From Bacteroidales bacterium (GTDB lineage: Bacteria > Bacteroidota > Bacteroidia > Bacteroidales > VadinHA17): DNA of 55,898 nt. The notes below the pieces were generated by a model. That model was not told where the DNA came from. It saw only the letters and a program-made list of their open reading frames with translations, and did no database searches. Both the position numbers and the translations under genes were made by a program. The stretch is taken from NCBI GenBank assembly GCA_012519515.1, contig JAAYQC010000052.1, forward strand, positions 1-55,898, written 5' to 3'. How positions within the stretch are numbered: position 1 is the first letter of the stretch; every line of letters begins with the position of its first letter. Of this stretch, positions 46,703 to 55,898 are shown one piece after another.

Positions 46703-47611
46703 TTAACTGCGGGTTTCAACTACCCTGATGAAAATGTCGTTCATGGAAGGTAGGGCAGGATTGAATGAAATCACTTTCCCGCGTTTGACTGCTTCCGAAA
46801 GGATAAGGTTGGTGTCCTTCTCATGTCCGGCCTTGAATTTTATGGTACTCCTGTTATTTTCAAACTGTCTGTCAAGGATCGAAATATTCCCGTTGCCACT
46901 CAGTGTTGCATCCCCTTCGAACACTATCTCGTACTCATCACCTGCCCACTGCATTCTTATGTCATCAACCCTGCCTTCAAGGATGGTTTTTGCCTTGTTT
47001 ATCAGGGCTATATTGTCGCAAAGTTCCTCAACCGATGCCATGTTGTGCGTTGAAAGAATAACCGTGGCGCCTCTTTCCCTCAGAAAAAGGATCTCATTCT
47101 TGATAATATTTGTATTTACCGGGTCGAAGCCTGAAAAAGGTTCATCAAGAATGATCAGCTTCGGTTCATGGAGGATTGTGGTCACAAACTGGACCTTTTG
47201 CTGCATACCCTTTGAAAGTTCCTCCACCTTTTTTCCCCACCAGTCGACCATGTCGAGTTTACGGAACCAGTATTTTAGACGTCTCATGGCTTCAGCCTTT
47301 GAGAGCCCCTTCAGCCGTGCAAAATACAGGACCTGCTCTCCGACTTTCATTTTCTTGTACAGACCTCTTTCTTCCGGGAGATAGCCTATTGACAAAACAT
47401 CTTCCGGTTTTAGTTTTCGTCCGTCAAGGAACAGTTCTCCGGAATCGGGGCCCGTGATATGGTTTATTATCCTGATAAGCGTAGTCTTACCGGCTCCGTT
47501 CGGCCCAAGCAACCCGAAGATCGACTGTTCGGGAACCGATATGCTTACTTTGTTTAAAGCGTAAAGCGATCCGAACTGCTTTGTGACGTTTCTTGCTTCA
47601 AAAAGTGCCAT
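46703..47611 (-). CDS. ABC transporter ATP-binding protein (NatA/YhaQ-like)
   Basis: GPNGAGKTT, YLPEERGLY, LSKGMQQK and ILDEPFSGFDP motifs; start MALFEA at 47611. Confidence 0.94.
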   Translation of the reverse strand: MALFEARNVTKQFGSLYALNKVSISVPEQSIFGLLGPNGAGKTTLIRIINHITGPDSGELFLDGRKLKPEDVLSIGYLPEERGLYKKMKVGEQVLYFARLKGLSKAEAMRRLKYWFRKLDMVDWWGKKVEELSKGMQQKVQFVTTILHEPKLIILDEPFSGFDPVNTNIIKNEILFLRERGATVILSTHNMASVEELCDNIALINKAKTILEGRVDDIRMQWAGDEYEIVFEGDATLSGNGNISILDRQFENNRSTIKFKAGHEKDTNLILSEAVKRGKVISFNPALPSMNDIFIRVVETRS

Positions 47612-47774
47612 ATTAATATGAGGTATGGATAAAACAGAGATGTAAATATAGGAAACTCTCAAGAACTACAGCGGTTTCGGCAAAGCATATTTTAAACAGT
47701 GAAGATCTCCTAAAAAATCAGCGTACAGCCGGTGAAACGGGGGCATTCCGTTTATGGACACAGCTTAGCGGCGG

Positions 47775-48929
47775 CTACTGAAAATAGCCTCTCATCCTTT
47801 CAAAGAATCCCTTGTCATCCTTGTCGGGCTTAGGGACAAAAGACTCGCTGTCCTTAAGCTTTTCAATAATTCTCGATTCTTCCCTTGTGATATTTTTCGG
47901 GATCCAGACATTGACGTTAACAAGCAGATCGCCTTTCCCGTAGCCGTTTACTTCAGGCAATCCCTTGCCCCTGAGCCTTAGTATTTTCCCGGGCTGGGTG
48001 CCGGGCTCAATCTTTATTTTTACCCTGTTATCAACGGTCGGGATTTCCACGTGGGATCCCAGGATTGAATCGGGTATGCTGATAAAGAGATTGTGGATAA
48101 GGTCCTTGCCTTCCCTTATGAGTTCGGGGTGTTCTTCCTCGTCGATGACCACGATGAGATCACCGTTGATGCCTCCGCGTCGTGCCGCGTTGCCCTTTCC
48201 CTCAAGGTTCATCTGCATACCCCGGGAGACACCGGCAGGGATATTGATTTTTATTATCTCATCCTTCCGGACAATTCCCTCACCGTAGCAAGAAGAACAC
48301 TTTTTGGTGACGGTCTTTCCCTCGCCGTTGCACGAGGGGCATACCGAGGTGGTTTGCATCTGCCCCAGAAGCGTGTTGGCAATACGGGTGACATGCCCCG
48401 ATCCGCGGCATGTGGTGCAGGTCGTAATGCTGTTTGCATCGGCCGCACCTGAACCGCCACATTTGTTACAGCTTACATATTTGCTTACCTTAATCTTTTT
48501 TTCGGTGCCTGTCGAGATTTCCTTAAGATCGAGTTTTACCCTGACCCTTAAATTGGTGCCTTTGTTTACCCTTCTTCCACTGCTTCTTCTCGAAGATCCG
48601 AATCCTGCAAATCCTCCGAAGGCATCACCGAAAATATCCCCGAATGACGAAAAGATATCCTCCATGGTCATACCTCCCGGACCGCCGAATCCATCCCCGG
48701 CTCCGCCCACTCCGGCATGTCCGAAGCGATCGTACCTGGCACGCTTTTCATCGTTGCTCAGTACTTCGTATGCAGCTGCAGCCTCCTTGAATTTCTCCTC
48801 GGCAGCCTTGTCGCCGGGATTCTTGTCGGGATGATATTTCAATGCCTGCTTGCGGTAGGCTTTCTTTATTTCCTCTTTAGTAGCCTCCTTCGATACACCA
48901 AGCACTTCATAATAATCTCTTTTTTCCAT
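47775..48929 (-). CDS. dnaJ: Chaperone DnaJ
   Basis: J domain with HPD; G/F region; four CxxCxGxG repeats. Confidence 0.98.
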   Translation of the reverse strand: MEKRDYYEVLGVSKEATKEEIKKAYRKQALKYHPDKNPGDKAAEEKFKEAAAAYEVLSNDEKRARYDRFGHAGVGGAGDGFGGPGGMTMEDIFSSFGDIFGDAFGGFAGFGSSRRSSGRRVNKGTNLRVRVKLDLKEISTGTEKKIKVSKYVSCNKCGGSGAADANSITTCTTCRGSGHVTRIANTLLGQMQTTSVCPSCNGEGKTVTKKCSSCYGEGIVRKDEIIKINIPAGVSRGMQMNLEGKGNAARRGGINGDLIVVIDEEEHPELIREGKDLIHNLFISIPDSILGSHVEIPTVDNRVKIKIEPGTQPGKILRLRGKGLPEVNGYGKGDLLVNVNVWIPKNITREESRIIEKLKDSESFVPKPDKDDKGFFERMRGYFQ

Positions 48930-48983
48930 CCCAACTCCTTTGTTTCATTTCCTGTTCAACAGGAATTATAACAGCATTACTTA

Positions 48984-49628
48984 TTATTCTCCTATAACAA
49001 CCTTTGAATGTCTGAGTACCTTATCTTTAAGGTAATAGCCGTTCAAAAGCACTTCCACCACCTTGCCCTTCTTTTCTTCTTCCTCAACCTGGACCTTCGC
49101 GGCGGCATCATGAATGTCTACATTGAATACTTCATTCAGCGACTCTATCTCTTTAATTCCCTGGCGCTTCAAGTAATCAATAAATTTATTGTAGATCAGG
49201 TCAATGCCTTCCTTGATCCCTTCACAATCAGGAGATGATTCCATGTGCTTCAGAGCCCTGTCGAAATCGTCAATAATCGGAAGGATGTCTTTCATTATTT
49301 CTTCTCCGGCATATTTGGAGATATCCATTTTTTCCTTTAGGGTGCGTTTTCTGTAGTTGTCAAACTCGGCTGAAAGCCTCAGATACTTGTCCTGCATCTC
49401 TGCCAGTTTTTCCAGCATTACCCTGTCTTCGTCTTTCCTTTTGTCAGCTTCTTCCCTGGCTACAGTTTCCGGCTCAGACTGACCTGCCTTTGGTTCCTCT
49501 TCAACGCCTTGCTTTGATGCTTCGGCGGCCTCAGTATCATGAACCTTCGTATTATCTTTGTTCTCAGATGTTTCAGGGTGGGTTATATCTTTATCCTCGC
49601 CGTCCTGGATTTTTCTTTTCTTGACCAT
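48984..49628 (-). CDS. grpE: Nucleotide exchange factor GrpE
   Basis: YLRLSAEFDNYRKRT, LPIIDDFDRA and GYYLKDKVLRHSKV motifs. Confidence 0.97.
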   Translation of the reverse strand: MVKKRKIQDGEDKDITHPETSENKDNTKVHDTEAAEASKQGVEEEPKAGQSEPETVAREEADKRKDEDRVMLEKLAEMQDKYLRLSAEFDNYRKRTLKEKMDISKYAGEEIMKDILPIIDDFDRALKHMESSPDCEGIKEGIDLIYNKFIDYLKRQGIKEIESLNEVFNVDIHDAAAKVQVEEEEKKGKVVEVLLNGYYLKDKVLRHSKVVIGE

Positions 49629-49663
49629 TAAGCAATAGTTTTTCTAATTTACACTTCTTGTCA

Positions 49664-49704
49664 ACAAATAATCTGCCAACACCCGCTGTTTGCCAATTTG
49701 ACAG
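49664..49704 (-). promoter_or_regulatory. Candidate sigma54-type promoter with upstream TGTCA-N4-TGGCA motif for grpE-dnaJ
   Basis: Minus strand: cTGTCAaatTGGCA, 12 nt, TGGCAGATTATTTGT (GG-N10-GT, imperfect -12). Confidence 0.45.
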
Positions 49705-49836
49705 TATAGCTTAAGCGGGAGGTCAGGAAACAATTGTTGTCAGGATGATTTCCCCCCGCCAGTCCTATTAATGTATGCACGGCCGGCGGAAAGAAAAGGG
49801 AATTATCTTAGCCCTGAGCTACTATAAAACTGCCCC

Positions 49837-50484
49837 TTAATGGCGGTTATGCATTTTCTTCCTGTTGAAAGGCTTGTTCTGCCTGTTACCCTGCGACTTG
49901 CCCGACTGCGGCTTCTTCTTGACGGGCGGGATAAGTTCCTTGACCTCGAGAATCCTGATGCCTTCGGTTATTTTCAGCTTTCCGCGCGAAAGGAATTTGA
50001 GGTCGCTGATGATTACCTCATCACTTACCTGGCTGCGGTTCCAGGTAATGTATGATTTCTTCATCTGGTTCACGATCAGATTGGTGAGATATTCCTTTTC
50101 CTTGCCTTCCTCCATCTCTATGGCTGCATCTATCATCAGCTCAATGATCCGTCCGTAGTGAAGAAAACGTATGTCACCCTGAGGATAGGGTACCTTCCGG
50201 GGCTTCTCGGTGAATCTTTCGCGTTCCGGGGGAGGATAGGGCGAATCGATGTCGAGGTTGAAATCGGCAATGATAGCAAGGTGATCCCATAACTTGTGCT
50301 TGAAGTCGCCTGTATCCCGGATCTGGGGATTCAGATTCCCCATGATCTGAATTATGGTCTTTGCCGCACGGTTCCGTTCCTCCCTGTCTTCAATGGTCTT
50401 TATATGATCAACCATCTTCTGGACATTCCTTCCATATTCAGGCAATGCCATACTCTTCCGTTGTGTATTGTAATCGTAATTCAT
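49837..50484 (-). CDS. DUF4290 domain protein
   Basis: YNTQR...PEYGRNVQKMV, KLWDHL and MKKSYITWN motifs; TAGCTTTG -7 element at 50503-50510 supports start 50484. Confidence 0.88.
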   Translation of the reverse strand: MNYDYNTQRKSMALPEYGRNVQKMVDHIKTIEDREERNRAAKTIIQIMGNLNPQIRDTGDFKHKLWDHLAIIADFNLDIDSPYPPPERERFTEKPRKVPYPQGDIRFLHYGRIIELMIDAAIEMEEGKEKEYLTNLIVNQMKKSYITWNRSQVSDEVIISDLKFLSRGKLKITEGIRILEVKELIPPVKKKPQSGKSQGNRQNKPFNRKKMHNRH

Positions 50485-50577
50485 CAGGACATCAGTTTTA
50501 TGCAAAGCTAATAAAATATATAAAAAGTCCGCTAGCTCAAAATCATAATAGATTCGGGGATCGAAGCGTTTAGGGTT

Positions 50578-50616
50578 TAGGCGATGTATTTATAGGCGAT
50601 GTATTATAGGCGATGT
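50578..50616. repeat. Three copies of TAGGCGATGT (period 14-15)
   Basis: Copies at 50578, 50593 and 50607. Confidence 0.85.
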
Positions 50617-50629
50617 GCCGCTTTAGAAG

Positions 50630-50690
50630 AGACCGCAAGACCGCAAGACCGCAAGACCGCAAGACCGCAAGACCGCAAGACCGCAAGACC
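50630..50690. repeat. Perfect octameric tandem repeat (GACCGCAA) x7.5
   Basis: Read directly from the sequence. Confidence 0.97.
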
Positions 50691-50698
50691 TGCACCAT

Positions 50699-50733
50699 AT
50701 TACTAATTACTAATTGCCAATTGTTAATTGCAA
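50699..50733. repeat. Degenerate AT-rich heptamer repeat x5
   Basis: attacta attacta attgcca attgtta attgcaa. Confidence 0.7.
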
Positions 50734-50742
50734 CACCGTTGC

Positions 50743-51453
50743 CTACAGCCCCAGAAACTGTATTCCTATCCCCGATAACAATATCGTGGCTCCGGCAATC
50801 ACATTGCTGTACTTTTCAACAGGCTTAAGATTTATTTTACTGAAGCCCAGCTTGAAGGCAAGAACAACTGCCATCATGGTGGCGATGGTGACTATCGAGA
50901 AAAGAAGAGCAACAAGCACAGCACCCGGTATATTGTTACTGGCTGCCGGGTACATAAGAACCGGGATAAGGGGCTCACAGGGGCCGAATACAAAAATCAG
51001 GAAAAGGATCCATGGGGTGGTTTTGGCAGCGGCAGATTCATGAACATGAGCGTGATCGGAAAAATGGTCGTGTTCATGAACATGGCTGACACCGTCTGCA
51101 TGAAAGTGAGGATGGGTATGCTTTTTACCGCGGTACAGGTTCCTGACACTGATTACCGTGTATACAAGCCCGAATGCAATGAAAAGCCAGGCCGCGATAT
51201 TACCCCTGAACGACTCGACCGACACGAGACGGTTGACCGAGATGCCGATGGCTATTCCGGCTAATCCCAGCACAACCGAACTAAGGACATGCCCCAGCCC
51301 GCAAAGGAATGTGATCAGCATCGTTTTCCTGAGACTCCATTTCCGTGCCTCGCTCAGCACTATGAAAGGAAGGTAATGATCGGGTCCGAGTATGGTGTGA
51401 ACGAAACCCAGCGTTATTGCTGTTACTGACAGTATAGCAATGGAGTTTTCCAT
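50743..51453 (-). CDS. His-rich nickel/cobalt transporter-like membrane protein (UreH/RcnA/DsbD_2-like)
   Basis: GFVHTILGPDH, GLGHVLSS, His-rich loop HTHPHFH...HVHEHDH, and GPCE. Confidence 0.78.
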   Translation of the reverse strand: MENSIAILSVTAITLGFVHTILGPDHYLPFIVLSEARKWSLRKTMLITFLCGLGHVLSSVVLGLAGIAIGISVNRLVSVESFRGNIAAWLFIAFGLVYTVISVRNLYRGKKHTHPHFHADGVSHVHEHDHFSDHAHVHESAAAKTTPWILFLIFVFGPCEPLIPVLMYPAASNNIPGAVLVALLFSIVTIATMMAVVLAFKLGFSKINLKPVEKYSNVIAGATILLSGIGIQFLGL

Positions 51454-51512
51454 AAAACAAATATATTATAACCCGCTTATTTTTGCTTAAAGCTACAATG
51501 ATAGGAATTAAT

Positions 51513-52646
51513 TCAATATACCCAGCCTTCTTCCGTGCAAATAATCTCCCCGATCCCAGTATTCAACGTGTTGAGCAGCCTACGGGAATTACGTATGAAA
51601 AGTTTCATTTTCTGATAATCCGATGGTCGGGAAAAGTATTCCGGCCTGTTTTCGTATACCGAACAAGGGAGTACATAAAACTTTTTCCTGCCGTTCTCAA
51701 CAGGAGTGTAAACCCAGGTGAGATAGTAACCTGCACGTGAAACCCTGGTGATGCTGTCTGCTTTTTCAAGTTCAATTCTTACCATCGACCCTCCGTCCCT
51801 TCTTATGGTTCGCTGATTCGAGACAAAATTGCCAAGTGAATATACAACAAGATTGTCGCCACGGCACGAATCAGCCGGTGTCCATTCCATCTGCTGAAGT
51901 ACATGGGGATGTGAACCGATGATCAGATCAGCTCCCTTGCTGAAAAAAAAGCGGGCAAGCCTTTTCTGTTCGGCCGACGGCAGTGTATCATATTCTATAC
52001 CCCAGTGTACAAAGGGGATTATAACATCGGCATTGAGGGCAAGGGCCTTTTTAATGTCGGAGCTGATAACTGCAGTATCGAGCATGTTTACTATTGTCGG
52101 CGGCGGCACTTTAAGCCCGTTGGTTCCATATGTATAGTTCAGAATTGCAATAGAGATACCGTTCTTTTCAATGATAAGCGGACTGAGGCTGTCCCTCGCG
52201 GCACTGTCGGCAAATGTGCCTGTATGCATTATGCCCAGGCTGTCGAGCCGCTGAATGGTGCTGAGGATTCCTTTCTTTCCCCTGTCAACCGAGTGATTGT
52301 TGGCTGTAACCAGAACATCAATCCCTGCATTACTGCAGGCTGCTGCAAGAGAGGCCGGAGAACTGAAAGCAGGATAACCCTTGTAGGGAGGTCCGCCTAA
52401 GGTGACTTCCAGATTGCCGATAGCTATATCGGCTTCGGATATCTCATCCCTTACATAACTGAAAACATCATCATATTCATAATTGCCGGTCCCGGGATTA
52501 AATGCCGAAGCAATCTGCTCATCATGTCCCATAATGTCACCAATGAAAAGGAGGGAGAGACGGTTGATGTTGACACTGTCCTCCTGGGCGCCAAGCATTA
52601 ATGCAACCGGTATCAGGCAGATAATGAGCAAAAATTTTCTTAACAT
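51513..52646 (-). CDS. CapA family metallophosphatase-fold protein
   Basis: GDIMGH, NLEVTL, TANNHSVD, HWGIEY, GSHPHV and YSLGNF motifs; signal peptide from MLRKF (52646). Confidence 0.92.
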   Translation of the reverse strand: MLRKFLLIICLIPVALMLGAQEDSVNINRLSLLFIGDIMGHDEQIASAFNPGTGNYEYDDVFSYVRDEISEADIAIGNLEVTLGGPPYKGYPAFSSPASLAAACSNAGIDVLVTANNHSVDRGKKGILSTIQRLDSLGIMHTGTFADSAARDSLSPLIIEKNGISIAILNYTYGTNGLKVPPPTIVNMLDTAVISSDIKKALALNADVIIPFVHWGIEYDTLPSAEQKRLARFFFSKGADLIIGSHPHVLQQMEWTPADSCRGDNLVVYSLGNFVSNQRTIRRDGGSMVRIELEKADSITRVSRAGYYLTWVYTPVENGRKKFYVLPCSVYENRPEYFSRPSDYQKMKLFIRNSRRLLNTLNTGIGEIICTEEGWVY

Positions 52647-52736
52647 AAAATTATCCTGAATAAAGAATTCATAAAAATAAGAATTATTAAATTTGCCGGC
52701 TTTATTTTCGTGATCCAAATACTGATTACTTAATCC

Positions 52737-54695
52737 ATGAGCTTCTCTGTTAAGCGTCCGGATATTAAAAAACTCTCTCTTCTGGGAGTTATTGTAACGA
52801 TGGGGATAGTGTTCGGTGATCTGGGCACAAGTCCTCTCTATACAATGAGAGCTATCCTGATAGGCGGAAGGGATAACTTTTCAGAGCTTCTTGTTTACGG
52901 TTCCCTGTCGTGCATTTTCTGGACACTCACTTTATCAACTACCATCAAGTACGTCATTATCGCGCTCAGAGCCGATAACAACGGCGAGGGAGGTATCTTT
53001 GCACTCTTTGCCCTGCTGAGAAAGAAGTCATCATGGGCAGCCATACTGACCATGATCGGAGGGGCGGCATTGCTTGCCGATGGTGTGATTACTCCATCAA
53101 TCACAGTTACATCAGCTGTTGAGGGATTAGGTATGATAAACAGCGATATCCCGGTAGTTCCCATTGTGATAGTGATACTGGCAGCCCTGTTTTTTATTCA
53201 GCAGTTCGGCACAAACCTCGTCGGATCATACTTCGGCCCGATAATGCTGATCTGGTTTTTCATGCTCGGAGCCATAGGGATATCCCAGCTGATCCGTCAT
53301 CCTTTCATTCTTGAGGCGGTGAATCCTGTTTATGCCGGTAGGTTTCTTACCGAGTACCCCGGAGGATTCATACTCCTGGGTGCGGTCTTCCTTTGCACCA
53401 CCGGAGCCGAAGCGCTGTATGCCGACCTCGGTCACTGCGGAAGATCCAATATAAGGGTATCGTGGATATATGTCAAGCTCTGTCTGTTGCTTAATTACTT
53501 CGGACAGGGAGCATGGCTTATCCTGAATTATACACAAGGATCCGATATAAACCCCTTCTTTGAAATTATGCCGGGCTGGCTGCTTCTGCCCGGGATAATA
53601 CTGGCAACAGCAGCTGCCATAATTGCCAGCCAGGCTATAATAAGCGGCTCTTTCACCCTGGTTAGCGAGGCTATCTCACTGAACTTCTGGCCAAAGCTTA
53701 ATGTGCTGAACCCAACGAGAATAAAGGGACAGGTCTACCTCCCTGTAGTGAACTGGTTCCTCTGGATCGCCTGCACAATTGTGGTGCTTTCTTTCAAAAA
53801 GTCGGATAACATGAGTGCAGCATACGGACTGGCAATCACAATTACCGAATTGATGACGACCGTCCTGCTTTCATACTACCTGTTGCAGAAGGGAGTAAAC
53901 CACAGGCTCATACTGCTGCTTCTGATGGTCTACCTGACAATTGAGGGAAGCTTCCTGATAGCCAACCTGCATAAATTTGTAAACGGTGGCTGGTTCACTC
54001 TCCTTGCAGCTTCGTTTTTCTTTGTGATCATGTATGGATGGTATTTCGGGAGGAAGCTGAAGAACAGGTATGTTACCTTTACAAACCTGAATAAATATAC
54101 CGATATGTTCAGGGATCTGGTTATGGATGAATCGGTTCCGAAAACTGCCACAAACCTGGTCTATATTATAAAGGCAAACAGGATCGACCAGGTTGAGTCA
54201 AAGGTGATTCATTCCATTTTCCTTAAACAGCCCAAGAGGGCGGAGACATACTGGCTGCTTCATGTTGACAAGACAGATGAGCCCGACAGGATGGATTACA
54301 AGGTGACTCACATAATCCCCGGAATACTGATCAGGGTCGACTTCCACATCGGTTTCAAGGTTGAACCCAAAATCAATCTGTTTTTCAGGGAGGTCCTTGA
54401 AGATATGACAGAATCGGGGGAAATAAAGCTGGAAAGCAGTTACGACTCCCTGAAGAAGCATCAGATTCCCGCCGACTTCAGGTTTATCCTGATCGACAGG
54501 GTCATGCCGCGCGATTACAAATTATCAAACCTTGATACACTGACACTGACGCTTCACAGTTTCTCCAGGCTCATCTGCATTTCGGATGTCAGGGCGCTTC
54601 AGCTCGATACTGTAAATACCATCGAGGAAAAGGTTCCCATTACAATCGATCAGCCTGTGGGGCGACGGATCAGAAGGATGGCTACACCTGAATAG
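52737..54695 (+). CDS. kup: KUP/HAK/KT potassium transporter
   Basis: GIVFGDLGTSPLY, ADNNGEGGIFAL, TGAEALYADLGH, IIASQA and AAYGLA motifs. Confidence 0.96.
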   Translation: MSFSVKRPDIKKLSLLGVIVTMGIVFGDLGTSPLYTMRAILIGGRDNFSELLVYGSLSCIFWTLTLSTTIKYVIIALRADNNGEGGIFALFALLRKKSSWAAILTMIGGAALLADGVITPSITVTSAVEGLGMINSDIPVVPIVIVILAALFFIQQFGTNLVGSYFGPIMLIWFFMLGAIGISQLIRHPFILEAVNPVYAGRFLTEYPGGFILLGAVFLCTTGAEALYADLGHCGRSNIRVSWIYVKLCLLLNYFGQGAWLILNYTQGSDINPFFEIMPGWLLLPGIILATAAAIIASQAIISGSFTLVSEAISLNFWPKLNVLNPTRIKGQVYLPVVNWFLWIACTIVVLSFKKSDNMSAAYGLAITITELMTTVLLSYYLLQKGVNHRLILLLLMVYLTIEGSFLIANLHKFVNGGWFTLLAASFFFVIMYGWYFGRKLKNRYVTFTNLNKYTDMFRDLVMDESVPKTATNLVYIIKANRIDQVESKVIHSIFLKQPKRAETYWLLHVDKTDEPDRMDYKVTHIIPGILIRVDFHIGFKVEPKINLFFREVLEDMTESGEIKLESSYDSLKKHQIPADFRFILIDRVMPRDYKLSNLDTLTLTLHSFSRLICISDVRALQLDTVNTIEEKVPITIDQPVGRRIRRMATPE

Positions 54696-54835
54696 TTTCG
54701 CGGCTTGTTGCTTTTCTGTGAATGCCGGCCCACCGGAGACATTTCTGCAAATCCGTGATTTAGAATACCTGTTCAAAGCTTAAATATGCTATTTTTGCCG
54801 CGATTATTTGCAATGAAAATATAATTCAGTTCATT

Positions 54836-55898
54836 ATGAGAAAGATTCTTTCCTGCATGTTAATGATGTTTGCCCTGACTTTACTGACAGGCACAGCCCA
54901 GGAAAGCCTCCGGATTGTTGTTCAGGCCGATAAGCCGGGAGCTGAGATCCAGCCCACCATGTGGGGTGTTTTTTTTGAGGATATCAATTTTGCAGCCGAC
55001 GGTGGTGTTTATGCCGAGCTTGTCAAAAACCGTTCCTTTGAATTTGAGTTTCCGTTAAGCGGCTGGAGGCAATTATCGCAGCAAAACGGAACGGGGAGGA
55101 TAGTCCCCGGCTTTTATTATCCATACAATCCCGGAAACCCTCATCACGTAAGTATATTTCTTGATCCGGCTGTAGAATCTTTCGGAATTACAAACGAAGG
55201 TTTCCGTGGAATGGGTATCAGAAAGGATGCTCAATATAACTTTTCAGTAAAGGCAAGGCTTCATGAAAGCTCTGACATAAAAATGAAGGTGGAACTGCTA
55301 AGCGCCTCCGGTCAGATTATTGGAACTGCAGTGATCTCAGGCTTTACAGCTGATTGGACAAATCACAAGGTGTCATTTGCAGCCTCAGATACCGAGCTCA
55401 AAGCCCTGTTGAGAATCACTCTCGAAGGAAAGGGAGCCATCGACCTCGATATGATTTCTCTTTTTCCGGCAGATACCTGGAAAGAACGCGAAAACGGACT
55501 CCGAAAGGATTTGGTTCAGATGATAGCTGACCTGAAACCCGGTTTCCTGAGATTCCCGGGGGGCTGTATAGTTGAGGGCAGAACACTTGAGAACCGCTAC
55601 CAGTGGAAAACAACGGTGGGGCCCGTTGAGGACAGGAAGTTGATCATGAACCGCTGGAACCTTGAGATAAGAAACCGCCAGACTCCGGATTATTTCCAGT
55701 CGTTCGGACTGGGATTTTATGAGTATTTTCTTCTTGCTGAAGATATTGGAGCAGAGCCCCTGCCTATTGTCAACTGCGGAATGTCGTGCCAGTACAATGC
55801 TGCTGAAGTGGTGCCTCTCGAGGAACTCGACAGCTATATTCAGGATGCACTCGACCTTATTGAATTTGCCAACGGTGAAACATCAACCCGCTGGGGAG
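54836..55898 (+). CDS. Alpha-L-arabinofuranosidase, GH51 (partial, runs off the window; not in the ORF track)
   Basis: Own translation: MRKILSCMLMMFALTLLTGTAQ...MWGVFFEDINFAADGGVYAELVKNRSFE...FLRFPGGCIVEG...GLGFYEYFLLAEDIGAEPLP...DALDLIEFANG; TATTTTTG at 54790. Confidence 0.92.
   Translation, partial: MRKILSCMLMMFALTLLTGTAQESLRIVVQADKPGAEIQPTMWGVFFEDINFAADGGVYAELVKNRSFEFEFPLSGWRQLSQQNGTGRIVPGFYYPYNPGNPHHVSIFLDPAVESFGITNEGFRGMGIRKDAQYNFSVKARLHESSDIKMKVELLSASGQIIGTAVISGFTADWTNHKVSFAASDTELKALLRITLEGKGAIDLDMISLFPADTWKERENGLRKDLVQMIADLKPGFLRFPGGCIVEGRTLENRYQWKTTVGPVEDRKLIMNRWNLEIRNRQTPDYFQSFGLGFYEYFLLAEDIGAEPLPIVNCGMSCQYNAAEVVPLEELDSYIQDALDLIEFANGETSTRWG

Noticed and set aside
45255-47732. 12-mer GCGTACAGCCGG in two intergenic regions (45255 and 47721)
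   Set aside because: One 12-bp match among several kb of intergenic DNA can arise by chance; not palindromic and at different distances from the starts.
50613-50828. ORF with QDRKTARP repeats (also 33072-33254)
   Set aside because: Peptide periodicity arises from the DNA tandem repeats; no coding evidence.
51513-52646. Poly-gamma-glutamate capsule locus
   Set aside because: Lone CapA-family gene with no capB or capC.
52647-52736. c-di-AMP riboswitch before kup, or cobalamin/NiCo riboswitch before the metal transporter (51454-51512)
   Set aside because: Both leaders are too short and AT-rich, with no structured motif.

Overview
Chromosomal core-genome region of an anaerobic or microaerotolerant Bacteroidota bacterium, most likely Bacteroidales. 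Evidence for the lineage: porQ-cmk-ispH, parA-parB-DUF5683-mltD, DUF4492-cydAB, DUF4290, and many TTTG-N19-21-TAnnTTTG promoters. The window holds about 45 CDS, including a GH51 arabinofuranosidase that runs off the right end and is absent from the ORF track, plus one tRNA-His. No prophage, transposase or CRISPR array was found. Most notable: (1) a single 995-aa polypeptide joining a periplasmic SGNH domain to an MBOAT and ending in the FIYxxF tyrosine motif, a candidate one-protein PatB-PatA O-acetylation machine directly behind the lytic transglycosylase; (2) sigma54-type -24/-12 promoters ahead of lon, rsfS-ftsH and grpE-dnaJ, alongside an orphan NtrC-family activator lacking an HTH; (3) an etfB-etfA-EMO/FadF-acyl-CoA dehydrogenase operon with a perfect 18-bp palindrome; (4) a nested-hairpin repeat element whose outer arm overlaps the CCA end of tRNA-His; (5) a perfect 26-bp palindrome over the parA promoter; (6) 7- and 8-mer tandem arrays. 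All product calls rest on motif recognition by eye; no database search was run.
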